Shown here: piece after piece, positions 24,466-38,249 of the stretch
How positions within the stretch are numbered: position 1 is the first letter of the stretch
How the letters are laid out: each line of letters opens with the position of its first letter
NCBI GenBank assembly: GCA_013239625.1
Contig: MU053365.1
Location: 1,770,115 to 1,834,114, forward strand
From: Lama guanicoe
Taxonomy: Eukaryota
Direction: 5' to 3'
DNA length: 64,000 bases
Program-made: the position numbers and the translations under genes
The notes under the pieces: generated by a model
Databases searched by the model: none
What the model saw: only the letters and a program-made list of their open reading frames with translations
Told to the model about the DNA's origin: nothing

Positions 24466-25475
24466 CAGTTATGCGAGGAGAGAAATCTAGAATGATCTGT
24501 GTGATAATGGATTAGAGTTGCAGATATCAGTAAGAACTTGTTCTTACTTTATATAGATACAGTTAATTACATGTACACATACTTATGGATATGTGTCTAT
24601 ATAGAAGTTAGTGTACACACATATATTTCTTTGCTCTCTCTTCTGAGAGGGCCTAGAAGAAATGACAATTCCCTGTAGCAGTTAGTGCAGCACAATAGCA
24701 CCCAGGTCTTCATTTATAATACCATTTTCCAATAAAATGACCCAAAGATTCTTGTAGAAATGACTGATTCTTGGACAGGAGAAGGAAATAAACAAGATGA
24801 ACCTAGAGCATCATGTGGTGTCAGAAAGTAAGATAATACCCTTCCCTGATGCCAAAAAAAGTTTCCCACATGATGGGAGTATGTCAGATTGGAACAGCAA
24901 TCAACTGAAAGAGCTCTCAATGGCCAAAGCTGGAATACTTTGATAAGAAAATAAAGTAATAGTGAAGTTTAATCCAGGGTATAATAAAAATATTCATGAG
25001 TCCATACTGAAGTAAATAAATGATTAAGTAACATAATAAAAGAGAAGAGACAGATCTCCCATCTGGAAGAGTTCCAAATAATTTATGCAGATACTCTTCC
25101 TTTAAGGAGGAAGAGCTTAACCCCCCATCCCTTAAGTATGGGCTGGACACTTTTGCTCCCTTCCACAGAATGTATTCTGTGTATGTGTGAAAAGGGAGAA
25201 AATAACTAAACTGACTAAATGTAATGTGATATCTTAGAAGAGATTCTAAATAGAAAAAAAGCACATCAAACAAAAGTTAAGAAAATCTGTATTAACATAA
25301 ACTTACAATTAATAATAAGGTATCAATATTGGTTCATTAATTGTAATAAATATACTAATATAAGATCTTAAAAGGTGAAACTCAGTGTGGTGTTTATGAT
25401 ATCTCTCAGTATCATCTTCTCAGTTTTTCTTTATATATAAAACTTCTAAAAATTAAGGTTTATTTTAAAAATAAC
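24466..25475 (+). mobile_element. L1MC-type 3' UTR
   Basis: aataccattttccaataaaatgacccaaag...ttgtagaaatgactgattc...atcaatattggttcattaattgtaa. Confidence 0.8.
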
Positions 25476-25861
25476 ATATGGAGGGCAGTTATGTATCCAG
25501 GATGGCAGCATAATCCCAGTATAGCTGCTCTCTCATGCATGAATACTCTGGACAAAAGGCAACAAAAAAATCTTACCGAGAACTCTGAAAAGTAAGCAAA
25601 AGCAGGCAGAGTTTGGAGGAGAGTCAAAAGTTGGAGATGATGTGACTGTAAGACTTAGTTCCTCATTTGTTTTATTCCCTCATGGCTTTGCCCTGAAGGC
25701 AGAACCCAATTGTGAAGCAAAACAATGCTAGTGATGGGCCAGGTGACTATAATACCATTAGAAACCTCCTTTCTGGCCAAGGAGAAAAGAGAAAGTGATC
25801 CTTTGGGACTGGAAAATGACAGGAGTGTCCCTGAGCAGACAGAGTTAAGTATCTTCTAATT

Positions 25862-26063
25862 TTTTTTTAAACATTTTTTATTGATATATAATCATTTTAC
25901 AATGTTGTGTCAAATTCCAGTGTTCAGCACAATTTTTCAGTCATTCATGGACATATACACACTCATTGTCACATTTTTTTTCTGTGAGTTATCACAACAT
26001 TTTGTGTATATTTCCCTGTGCTATACAGTGTAATCTTGTTTATCTATTCTACAATTTTGAAAT
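25862..26063 (-). mobile_element. Young 5'-truncated camelid-type L1 3' end with perfect 14-bp TSD
   Basis: TSD agtatcttctaatt at 25848-25861 and 26064-26077. Poly-T on the left. Homologous to 31270-31479. Confidence 0.92.
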
Positions 26064-27489
26064 AGTATCTTCTAATTCTGTGTATGAATTTCCACAAATC
26101 TCAAGATAATCCCTGATCTTTGAATGTCTGAGAAGAGAGACTTAAATTAGCATAGTACAAGCTTAGATAATTTAAATAAACTACAGCATACCACACAATT
26201 CTCAGGCTGATCCCTGAGAGACAAATGTATGGGACACACTTAAAGTAGCACAGCAAAGGTTTTGAGAAATGCCCTGAGATCTGAACAACTACCTAGTGAA
26301 AATGAGACAGAACTTGTAGTTTGAAGCTAACAGGGTTTATTGTCAGCTAAAATTATAACATCATGTTCCAGAAGATCATAATGGGAAATTGAGTCTACAC
26401 AAAAGAATATTCACGATGTTCAGGATGTAACCCAAAACTATGCCACTAACATCCACAATCCTGTGACCAATTCTCATAGGAAAAAGCAATCAATAGGTAC
26501 ATTAGCTAAGATACTTAGATGTTGGAATTATAAGACAAAGAGTGTATATAATTCTGTGAGGTGTTAGCTAGTGCTATGGTAATAATCATTTTGAAATAAA
26601 TAAGTATTAAATGAACACATTGTACATTTTAGCTGACATAATGTTATACGTCAATTTTATCTCAAAGGTAGAGAAAATAAATTAAGAAAATAAAATCTTT
26701 AAAAAAAAAAGGCTGTGTAGCAGCTATTATAATTATGTAATATGAAGTCAAGGAAAATATACCTGAAATGAATGGAAAGAGAGTCCCTGGAGCATCAGAA
26801 AAAAATTAGAATGAATAAAATTCCAATGTTAGAACTGAAAATTATAAACTTGAAATAGAAATCCACTGTATAGGCTCAGTACAAAAATGGAGACTACTGG
26901 CAAAACAAAATTTACAGCATTGTCTGCTGGGGTTCTTGATGAATGTAGATATAATATACATGACAACTATAACATAAAGAGTAATGGGGTTAAATGTAAA
27001 GAAACTGAACCTACATGATTAAAGGGAAAAGCAATACTCACACGGTACCTTCAGTCTCAGTCAATTAAAGAAAAGGTACAATATTAACTTTAAGTAAATT
27101 GTGAATAATTAGGTACGTAAATCTAATCCCTAGATTAATCACTGGGTAATGGTACAAAGTGATATACTCCAAGTGCCAACAGATAAAATTGAAATGGAAT
27201 ACTAAAAGTTATTCAAATAATTCAAATGAAAGCGGGAAAAGTAGAAGAGGAATAAAGATCAGAGGAGGGGGATAATAACCAAATAATAAAAGTAGTAGAC
27301 CTAAATCCAATCATACCAATAATTACAATAAATGTTAATGGTGTAAAAATGTTAATGGCCTGAACAGGCCATTTAAAATATAGTGATGGAAAGAATAAAA
27401 TAGAAAAATTTTACTGTATGGTACCCACAAAAGATAATTTTAAATATAAAGACATAGATAAGTGGAAAATAGATGAAAATCATATGCCA

Positions 27490-28027
27490 TGTTTATTAGT
27501 TGTTTATTGTTGTATAGCAAATCTTCCTCAAATTTAGCAGCTTAAAACAACAGGATTTTACAATCTCATAGTTTCTGTGAGTCAAGACTTAATTACTGGA
27601 TTAGTTGTTTCTAACTCAAGATCTTTATGAGGTTGCAGTCAAAATATCCAAGGCTCCAATTATCTGGAAGCTTAACTGAGGCTGGAGAATCTCCTTGCCA
27701 GATGACTGTTGGTAGAAAGCTCAAGTTCTTCATTGGCTATTGGCCAGAGTCTTCAGTTCCTAGCTACTTGGATCTTCTGTAATCCTTGCTTGAGTGTGCT
27801 AACAATAAGGCACATGGTTTTCCCTAGAGTAAGAAATCAAAAAGAAAGAAACATGGAAAACTCAATATATACTTATGTCTAAGTCTTAGAAATCACACTG
27901 TCATTTTTCACATATTAACCTCATTATAAGCAAGTGACTGACTCCAACCCTATCTAAACAGGAAGAAAATTAAGCCCCACTCTTAAAGGAGTGATTATTC
28001 AAGTTTGTGGACATATATTTACCACAC
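27490..28027 (-). mobile_element. MLT1-type MaLR LTR (MLT1F-like)
   Basis: aaatttagcagcttaaaacaac...ctcatagtttctgtgagtcaag...gaggttgcagtcaa...gtttgtggacatat. Confidence 0.8.
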
Positions 28028-29685
28028 CATGCATACAGTAAACATAAAAAAATGAAGTAGCTACTTTAATATAAAGCTAGTAGCACACTCCTTCTCTCTT
28101 GCTTTACAAAGATCAAAACCTCACTCTGAAAGCAAGTTAGGGGATGTATCATATGCACCTCCCATAATTCCTATTGCTCACCTTTTATCCATTCTCTTTT
28201 ATGTGTTCCTTCCTCTTTTCTACAGAAGTAAATAAGTCCCTTTCAGCTAGGAAACTTTGAGCTTATTTAGGAGTTTTAGGCTTCTACTGAGTGTTAATTT
28301 TCTACTAGCTTCACAGATGAAAATAACTGAGTTTTGAGGAATTCTGGGGGTAAAAACAGATGGCATCATTCTTCTAGCTGTTGAGTTAGGAATAAAATGG
28401 TGATATAGTTTCATTTGGAGAGGTATTTATCTCACCCTTAGGTGAACCTTTAAAAACGCTTTAGTTGACTAACAGAAGGACATAGTGCAAAGATACTCTA
28501 AAATCATGAACTGTTAGAAATGTGTTCATTGAAATCATATCACGATCCCCAATTTAGCAGTCCACCCCTGTGCAATCTAAAGTGAAACCTGTAGGTTAGT
28601 ACTCCCCATCCACTCATACAGAGCCATCAACCAGACCCCCATTCAGGACAGAAATTTAGGGGTAAACAAACCTAAATGATGGTGACAATCTATCTTGCTT
28701 ACTTGCCAACTACCTACACAATCAAGGATCACCAAATATTTGAGAATAAATGTGAAAGAGAATAGCCAAAACAATGATGATAATGACAGTTGGCACTTAT
28801 CGAAGAGCTTGCTATGTACCACACACTATAAGTACCTTTTTTTTCTGTTACACATAGCTGAGGAACAGAGAGATGATGAAAAATGCTTAATTTTATTCAT
28901 TGTGTAAATAATAGAGTTGGTATTTAAACCCAGGTGGTGGTGTTAGAGTATAGTTATTTTCACTCAAAAAGACAATAACAGATCCAGAGGAAATATAACT
29001 AATTCAGTTTTAAATTTTAGTATTCTCAAAAGGAATTACCACAAGTAATTAGAAAATAACAAGTATTATACCACTTGTAACAAAAATTATGAAAAATTCT
29101 GCTTCCAGTAATGACAAAGTAAGGGTCTACCAGAGGTTGCCCCCATTGTTTCTATCCTGGGAGCAATTAAAAATATAACTACCGGAGGGAATTAGAGAGT
29201 GAATAGAAGCAGGCATACTACTCATCAATACAAGCTTGATGGAAGGGAGGAGAGGAATTGGTCAAATTGAAGTTCCTTGTTTTTACAGCTTTAGCCTGAG
29301 ATTAAATGTAATTCATGCAGCACAGCAGTAGAGTTGAAATGCTGGTAGGAAAAGCAAAATCTCTCTGAGGGAGAACTTGAAGCCAGGTTACACCAGCCAA
29401 TGAAGAGACTGTGGAGGTTGTAGAATGGAAAGAGCCAGATAACTGAGTCCAAAATTCTTTCCAACGTATTTTTGACTAAATCTAGAACTACACATGCTCA
29501 GAATATACTCAGAAGGGTTCAGCTAAAAGTTTAAACATATATCTAAACTGGTATAAATAGATGCTTCAGAATTTCCTAGTCAACCCCAGACAATGTAATT
29601 CCTCATGAAAACAAGAGAAAAATACTCATCTAAGAAAAAAATAACAAGATCCAGAATATCTGCAATTTACCAACAATAATATCCA

Positions 29686-31479
29686 AGGTAAAAGTGTCAC
29701 TATATGCAGATGACATGATTCTATATATAGAAAACCCTAAAAGATTCACACAAAAACTACTAGAGCTGATTGAAGAATTCAGCAAGGTAGCAGTTTACAA
29801 GTTTAATGTACAAAAATTAGTTGCATTTCTTTACACTAATGATGAATCAACAGGAAAAGAAGGTAGAGAAAAAATCCCCTTTAAAATAGCACCCAAAGTA
29901 AAAAAATACCTAGGAATAAATCTAACCAAGGACGTGAAAGACTAATATACAGAGAACTATAAAACACTGATTAAGGAAATTAAAGAAGATTTTAAAAAAA
30001 TGGAAAGATATCCCATGCTCCTGGATTGAAGAATCAATATTGTTAAATGGTCACACTGCCCAAGGCAATCTACAGATTTAATGCAATCCCTATCCAATTA
30101 CCCAGGACATGTTTCACAGAACTAGAACAAATCATAAGAAAATTTATATGCAACCATCAAAGACCTAGAATTGCCAAAGCATCACTGAAGAGAAAGAAAG
30201 AGGCTGGAGGAATAACTCTCCCAGACTTCAGACAATGCTACAGAGCTACAGTCATCCAAACAGCATGGTATTGGTACAAAAACAGACATATAGACCAATG
30301 GAACAGAATAGAGAGCCCAGAAATGAACCCACAAACTTTTGGTCAACTCATCTTCGACAAAAGAGGCAAGAATATACAATGGAGTAAAGACAGTCTCTTT
30401 AGCAAATGGTGTTGGGAAAACTGGACAGCAGCATGGAAAGCAATGAAGCTAGAGCACTCCCTTACACCATACACAAAAATCAACTCAAAATGGATCAAAG
30501 ACTTAAACATAAGACAAGATACAACAAACCTCCTAGAAGAAAACGTAGGCAAAATATTATCTGACATACATCTCAAAAATGTGCTCCTAGGGCAGTCTAC
30601 CCAAGCAATAGAAATAAAAGCAAGAATAAACAAATAGGACCTAATGAAACTTACAAGCTTCTGCACAGCAAAGGAAACCAGAAGTAAAACAAGAAGACAA
30701 CCTACGGAATGGGAGAAAATTTTTGCAAATGAAATCAACAAAGGCTTGATCTCCAGAATATATAAGCAGCTCATACGACTCAGTAAGAAAAAAATAAACA
30801 ACCCAATCCAAAAATGGGCAGAAGACCTAAACAAGCAATTCTCCAAGGAAGACATACAAATGATCAATAGGCACATGAAAAAATGCTCAATATCACTAAT
30901 TATCAGAGAAATGCAAATCAAAACTACAATGAGGTATCACCTCACACCAGTCAGAATGGCCATCATTCAAAANNNNNNNNNNNNNNNNNNNNNNNNNNNN
31001 NNNNNNNNNNNNNNNNNNNNNNNNNNNNNNNNNNNNNNNNNNNNNNNNNNNNNNNNNNNNNNNNNNNNNNNNNNNNNNNNNNNNNNNNNNNNNNNNNNNN
31101 NNNNNNNNNNNNNNNNNNNNNNNNNNNNNNNNNNNNNNNNNNNNNNNNNNNNNNNNNNNNNNNNNNNNNNNNNNNNNNNNNNNNNNNNNNNNNNNNNNNN
31201 NNNNNNNNNNAAAAAAAAAAAAAAAAAAACATAAATATAAAACGGAAGGGATAGACTGAGTTCAAAGTTTGTAGATACTGACAAGCATATGTAGAATAAA
31301 TTAACAAGATTATGCGGTATAGCACAGGGAAATATATATAAGATCTTGTGGTAGCTCACAGTGAAAAAAAGTGACAATGAATATATATATGTTCATGTAT
31401 AACTGAAAAATTGTAGTGCATACTGGAATTTGGCACAACATTGTAAAATGACGATAACTGAATAAAAAATGTTAAAAAA
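29686..31479 (+). mobile_element. Young 5'-truncated L1 (ORF2 RT to C-terminus, plus 3' UTR); ORF2 disrupted
   Basis: [50 protein letters not shown] and [13 protein letters not shown] motifs, with stops and frameshifts between the ORFs. The 3' UTR ends aataaaaaatgttaaaaaa. Confidence 0.97.
30973..31210. other. Assembly gap (238 N)
   Basis: Run of N. Confidence 1.
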
Positions 31480-33399
31480 TTACTTGAATTAAGAAAAATC
31501 AAGAAAATATGTACTTACAAGAGAAAAGGAAATCAGCAGGCTCTGTTCTCAAGGTAAACTGGATATAAAACTGCCAGAGAAGAATTTTAAAGAACATATT
31601 AATACTATCATCAATGAAATAAAATAAAATACATTGTTAAGGAATAAAATTCAAACCCAGGCAGTGTTGTTCCAGAGTGGTCACTTTTACTTAAAAATAG
31701 AATATAGATGTAGATATATCAAGAGAATAATAGAAGCTATAAAAAAGAACCAAACAGGAGTTCTAGAAATGAAAACTATCATGTGGGAAGTAAAATGACT
31801 GGCAGATGGTGGGCACAGCAAAATAGACACATTAAAGGAAGAAATAAGTGAAGCTGAAGCTAGACTAAAATAAATTATCCAATGTAAAGAACAAAGAGAT
31901 AAATGATTAAAAAAATGCAGAGCCTCAGAGAATGATGGGAAAGTATCAGATTGTCCAATAGACATGTAATTGGAAATGGAGAAAGAGAAGAGAGAACAGG
32001 ACAGAAAAAATTTTGAAGAGATAATGGCCAAAAATTTCTAAAATTGGCGATTTATAGATACAAGGCACTTTAAAACAAGTAGCAAAATAGAGACAAACTA
32101 CTCTGAGGCACATTGTAGATAGACTATTAAAAGCTGAGGAAAAGAAGAAAGCTAGAAAACAACAAGAAAAAATGACATATTACATACAGGAAAAATTACA
32201 GAATTAATTGTGGATCTCTCATCAGAGACTTAGGCCAGACGAGGGGAATAACATCTTTAAAATAATGGATGAGGGGGAACTACCTATGTAGAATCACTTA
32301 CTCAGGAAAAAAAAAACCTTCAAAAATGAAGGAAAAATAAAAGATTTTTCAGGGAAATGAAAACTAATAAAATTCATGGCCAGAAGACTGGCACTGGAAC
32401 AATTGCTTAAGTTATTTACAAAGTATTGGGATGCTCAGAAATGAGTAAAGACTATTGGAAATTGGATAAGTCCAGAGGCTATGCTTCCTCTCTGATTTTT
32501 ACCTTAAGAGCATTTAAATCATAACTATGTAAAGCTAAAATTATAACATGCTCTAATGGGGTTTATAATATTTATGACAGTTGTATAATGCATATGACAA
32601 AATATAAAGGAGGGTAATGGGCTATTTATCTAATTTATGAAAAATTTATGTTACATGAAAACACACATAATTAAATGTAAGTGGGCTGAAAATTCAGAAT
32701 ATATATTGGGATTCATAAATCACTAACTAAAATATAAACAAATAAATATAATTAAAAAGCCAATAGGGAAATTGATATTGATATCAGAATATTTATAAAA
32801 TCCAATAAAGACATAGAAAGATCAGAGAAATAAACGTTGTAGAAATAATTTCAAAGTAAATAGTCAAATTATAGATTAAATTACTACCACACCATCATTA
32901 CATTGAACATTAAAGGATTGAACATACCAATTAAAAGGCAAAGATTGACAGAATTTGAAGATTGTTTTAAAACAACAAGAGATTTCATATATTTACATAG
33001 GCTGAAAGTAAAAGGAAGAGTAAAACTATGCCATGCAATAATAATATTAGGCAAAACAGACAAAACTATAACAAGGAATAAAGGATATTTCACTATAATA
33101 AAATGGCTATTTTATCAGAAAGATCTAACAGTCATAAATGTGTTATTTGCTTAATGACATATATTTGAAATATATGAAGCAAAATTGATGGATTTAAAGG
33201 GGGAAAATAGAAAATTTCACATTCATAATTAGATATTTTCACATCTATCTCTATGTAACTGATAGAACAACTAGAAAAAATATAAGTATATAGATTTGAA
33301 TAACACTATCAAACACCTTGAATTAATAAATAGTACAAAACTCCATACATAACAATAACTGCATAATTCTTTTCAACTTCATAGGACCCATTCATCATG

Positions 33400-33976
33400 A
33401 AAAATCATAACCCTTACAGACCTCAGACAATACTACAAAGCTCAAGTAATCAAAACAGTATGGTATCGGCACCAAAACAGACCTATAGATCAAGAGAACA
33501 GAATAGAGAGCCCAGAAATAAACCCGCAGACCTACAGTCAATTAATCTACAACAAAGGAGGCAAGAATATACAATGGAGAAAACAGTCTCTTCAGCAAGT
33601 GGTGTTGGGAAAGCTGGACAGCAGCATGTAAATCAATGAAGTCAGAACACTCCCTCACAACATGCACAAAAATAAACTCAATATGACTTAAAGACTTAAA
33701 CATAAGATAGGACGCCATAAATCTCCTAGAAGAAAACATTCTCTGACATAAATCATAGCAATGTTCTCCTAGGTCAGTCTCCCAAGGCAAAAAAGGAAAT
33801 AAAAGCAAAAACAAACAAATGGGACCTAATTAAACTTATAAGCTTTTGCACAGCAAAGGAAACTATAAACATAACAAAAAGAACCTACAGACTGGGAGAA
33901 AATATTTGCAAATGAAGCAACTGACAAAGGAGCATGAAAAAAATGCTTAACATCACTAATCATCAGAGAAATGCAA
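33400..33976 (+). mobile_element. Internal L1 ORF2 fragment, truncated at both ends
   Basis: Homologous to 30210-30916 with internal deletions. No 3' UTR or poly(A). Confidence 0.9.
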
Positions 33977-34791
33977 GTACTTTTATGTTAATGTCATCTT
34001 CCTCTTCTAAAATATATTCCCTTATATCAATAAAGACATGACCATCCAAGTTCAAATGTCTGACTAAACAAAATTTACTGTTGTTTGAGAAAAAAAGAGT
34101 CATCAGCTGTAAGACCTTTTCAAAGATTCTTTGAAATCTTGAAAAAGAAAAAGCTAGCATAAATACCTTATAAGCATATATTGTGATTTTTACCCCATTG
34201 TAATTTTTCTATGTTGCTTGGAGACCTGATTCTGTCAACCGAGGTTCAAGAACTGGAACAAGATGTATAAAAGAGGCAAGGAAAGTATTGTTACATTATT
34301 GGTAGAAGTCTATCTGATAAGTCTGTAATAAGTCCATAATCATGAATGGGAGAAAGAAGAAAGATGATTTATTGAATGAATGCTGCTAGTGAAGCCACAC
34401 ATCTCTCATTTACAAAGTTCTATTAATTTATGCCAATTATAGTTTATTATCTAATTTAAGGGTAATCGTTCCTTATTTTCCATATGAAAGTAGTTGAATA
34501 TTCTTGCATACTTTCATAATTAATTATAATCCATTTTGTACCTTTTATTAAGCAAAATTAAATATTTTACTTTCTTTTTCTCTCCTCTCTTTCCCACATG
34601 TCTCTTCTTTTCTATTTCTTCTCCTATTTTTCTCATCTCAATCACATCTCCCTCACATGTTTCTCTTTCTCCACGTCTCACACTCTTCTCTAATACAGCT
34701 CTATCCCTCAGATAGTTAGATAGATGTTGCTAAAGATATATATACACACACATATCTAATTACACACTGTACACACATGCATTTTTACATA

Positions 34792-37700
34792 CAATTGACC
34801 CTTGTACAACTTGGGAGTTAGAGGCCCCAACCCCCTGTGCAGTCAAAAATCTGTGTATAACTTTTGACTACACTAAGACTTAACAACTAACAGCCTGCTG
34901 TTGATGGGCAGCCTTACTGATCACACAAATAGCTGACTAACACAGTTTGTATGTTATATGTACTTTATACTGTATTCTTACAATAAAGTAAGTTAGAGAA
35001 AGGAAAATGTCATTAAGAAAATCATAAGGAAGAGAAAGTACATTTCCAATTCTGTTCTGCATTTATTGAACCTGTAAGGTTATATTGTCTGTTCACAAGA
35101 TGAATCATCTGTTAGTACATACATCAGTATTGTCTTACATGATACAGAACACTGTAGATGTTATACATATTACTAACATTAGACATCGAAAATGAAAAGA
35201 TAATATTCAAAATAAATTCATATATATTTACAGATATAATGATTCATGCATTGACAACGAAGAAGCAGCAATATGATTCCTTTATGGTAGCCTAGTGTAG
35301 TCGACGCATCGCCTATACACTAATGAGTGAATCCTTATAATATTTTTATGGCATACACATTTATGGCATACAGTATTACAGTCATACTGAAAGCAAAGTT
35401 ATAAAGCAGTAAGAAGACTAACACATTATTAATTTTATATTAAATATCATTCACCTTATGCCTATGTAAGGATAGACTATCCATTTCAGTATAAATCTTG
35501 CATACAATGTTCTAAATGATGAATACTTGAGTGATGATGATGACACTAAAATGTCTCACAGAGTTCTTCCCATACCATTACTAGATTTTCACATAAAGAC
35601 ACTAGCACACATACACAATAGATATTTATTAACTGTACAGCACGATGATTGGTTACTACTCATTAAATGGAAGTGGATCATTATAAAGATCTTCATCTTT
35701 GTCTTAGGAGGAGAAGGAGGAGGAAGAGGAGGGTTGAACTTGCTGTCTTAGGGGTGAGAGAGATGGAAGAGGTGGAGGAGGAGGAAGAGGAGGCAGGAGA
35801 GGCAGGCACACTTGGTGTAACTTTATGCAAATACATTGTAATTTCTGCCTGACTTTTTAGCTTTTTCATTTCTCTAAAAATGTTTTTTCCCACTGTTTAC
35901 TTTCAGGGTTCATATTATAGAAAGGTCCATGTCATTAAAAAAAAAGTAAAAATCAGTCTAGAACAATTGGAACCCTTATGCCAGATTGTGTAATGCTAAT
36001 TTGCTTCTTCTATGTCCGCTTTCTCATTGTCTGGCACTGGTTTGGAAGTATTCATCTCTGCCTAGACATCTTCTGTTCATTCTTCTGATGTGGTGTCTAT
36101 TAGCTCCTGAATTTCTCCAAGATTCGGATCTTGAAACCATTCACCCCCCACCTTTTTTGCTATCTCCACAAGCTCGCTCATGATTTCCTTGTTTGGCTCT
36201 CTCATAAATCCTGTGAATTCACGCACAACAACTGGACACCGTTTTCTCTAGTACGAATTTATTGTTTCAGGTCTGATGACTTTCCTGGCTTTTTCTATAC
36301 CAAAAGTGGCATCTTCAATGGTGCAATCCTTCCAGACTTTTATAATGTTCTCTCTGTCAGGGTTCTCTTCCATAGCGTTAGCTATCTTTTCGGTAGAGTA
36401 GTGTGTGTAATGAGTCTTAAAGGTCCTTATGACACCCTGATTTAGAAATTGAATTAATGACATTGGGTTTGGGGGCAAGTAGACCATTTGGATGCCTTTG
36501 ATGTTGAATTCATGGATTCTTGGTGGCCAGGGGCATTGTCCAATATCAAAAGAACTCGAAAAGGCAGTCCCTTTCTGACAAGGTAGTTCCTGACTTCAGG
36601 GGCAAAGCATCAATGGATACAATTTAGAAAAAGGGTTTTCACTCAAGCCTTCTTGTTGTACAACCCAAAGACTGGAAGCTGGTGTTTATCTTTTCCCTTC
36701 AAGGCTCAGGGGTCAGCAGCTTTATGTATAAGGGCAGTCCTGATTATAAACCCAACTGCGTTTGCACAAAACAATAGAGTTAGCCTATCCCTTTCTGCCT
36801 TAAATCCTGGTGCTGGCTTCTCTTCCTTACTAATAAATGTCCTTTGTAACATTTTCCCCTAGAATAGGGCACTTTCGTCTGCATTAAAATACTGTTCAGG
36901 CAAATATCCTTTCTCCTCAGTGATTTTGTTTATGGCATCTGGGAAGTCGTCTGTTGCCTCTTGGTTGGCCGAAGCGGCTTCTCCTGTTATTTTGGCATTT
37001 TTTTAAAGCCAACCTCTCTAAAATTATCAGACCACTTTTGCTGGCATTAAATTCTTCAGCTTTGCATCCTTCATCTTCCTTTTGCTTTAAGTTGTCATGT
37101 AGTAGCTTTGCTTTTTCTCAAATCATAGGCATTCCTTTCCTTTGCAATCCTGCACCTACATAAAAGCTGCATTTTCAAGACAAGATAAAAAGATATTTCA
37201 CGAAAAGTGCAAGGTTTTCATGCCTGCTGGCATAGCTGCAGCAACAGCTTCACAAATTTCCTTTTCTTTTTTTTACCCTGGTCCTTATGCTGGATTCATT
37301 TATCTTGAAATGGTGGGCAGCCACAAGGCAGACCTCAATCTGTGGTACATAGCAAGCTATTTGACTTTTTCTTGTAGTGTCATGACTTTTCTCTGTTTCT
37401 TGGGAGCATTTCTAGCATCACTAGTGGTGCTCCGTAGGTCCCATGGTGTTATTCAAGGCTTACAGCATTGCACTAAATACAATGAAAAATACGGAAGCAG
37501 AAGCAGTCACTTTTTACTGCAATTCACATTTTACTGTAGAGAGGAACTGCTCAGGCAGAGACGATGAGCATCACAAAGCATTTTAAGTGGGTACTTGTAA
37601 CACTTGAGCTGACTGCAATAGCAACAGGAGGTATTTGTGAAATGACTACAGCGGTACAGTGTGTACTACAGTTAATTTCATGCAGTTATGATTTCATACT

Positions 37701-38050
37701 GCATCTTTACATTTGTTTACATTTCTCTCAACTGTGAATGGCGCCATATATGATGTGTATGTGTTTATGGGTGTAAATTTTGATAAATTTGAGCTTTTAA
37801 TAAAAGATCTCTGTATATTTTATGGTAGTGAATGATAAAAATAGACTAGTATCTACACAGCTTTTACGCATTTGTGACATACCTAACTTATAAAAACCTG
37901 TTTTGGTATTTCTAGGCCATGTGGTTCATCTGCAAGTTTTTTGCAAATTGTCACAAATCTCCAAAACATTTTCCAATATGTTTATTGAAAAAAATTCAGG
38001 TATAAGTGGACCTGTGCAGTTCAGACCTGTGTTGTTCAAGGGTTATACTG
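34792..38050 (-). mobile_element. Full-length Tigger2-family (Tigger2f-like) pogo DNA transposon
   Basis: TIRs caattgacccttgtacaac / gttgttcaagggttatactg, left TA, ~3.26 kb. The ends are shared with the MER8 at 2511. Confidence 0.92.
35656..37444 (-). pseudogene. Decayed Tigger2 pogo-type DDE transposase
   Basis: Minus-strand translation gives APKKQRKVMTLQEKV and HHFKINESSIRT (HTH), LILDNAPGH and YLPPNPMSLIQFLNQGVIRTFK, ending DPLPFNE*. Many stops and frameshifts. Confidence 0.9.
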
Positions 38051-38249
38051 TGAATAGTTAGATAAGATAATGTAAAAAAGGGATTAATGCTTTTCACATA
38101 TATGAATTATTTTCCCTCACCTGCATTTTAAGTATCTTATTGACTGACTAAGAAAAAAAAATTAAAGACAAAACCCGCTCATGGTATCTGACATTGACAC
38201 AAACATAAATATCACTTTAGGTTAAAAATTACCTTAAGTTAATTGAAAT

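Larger units (their letters stand above)
25487..28080 (+). mobile_element. Old L1 5' end/ORF1 remnant, interrupted by younger inserts
   Basis: caggatggcagcataa start; atgttagaactgaaaattataaacttgaaatagaaatccactg; gtagacctaaatccaatcatacc. Confidence 0.7.
29095..33395 (+). mobile_element. Old L1 5' UTR-ORF1-endonuclease remnant, split by the young L1
   Basis: gcttccagtaatgac start. ORF1-like aagaaccaaacaggagttctagaaatgaaaa. ORF 32903-33154 (NIKGLNIPIKRQRL) is the start of the ORF2 endonuclease. Confidence 0.8.

Noticed and set aside
29694..31234. Active L1 ORF2 or a host gene from the 196-aa ORFs
   Set aside because: 5'-truncated L1 with stops and frameshifts. The antisense 192-aa ORF is the usual L1 shadow.
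30883..31377. ORFs spanning the N-run
   Set aside because: Artefacts of translating the assembly gap.
35667..35893. Glu/Arg-rich ORFs
   Set aside because: Low-complexity tail of the Tigger2 transposase region read in alternative frames.
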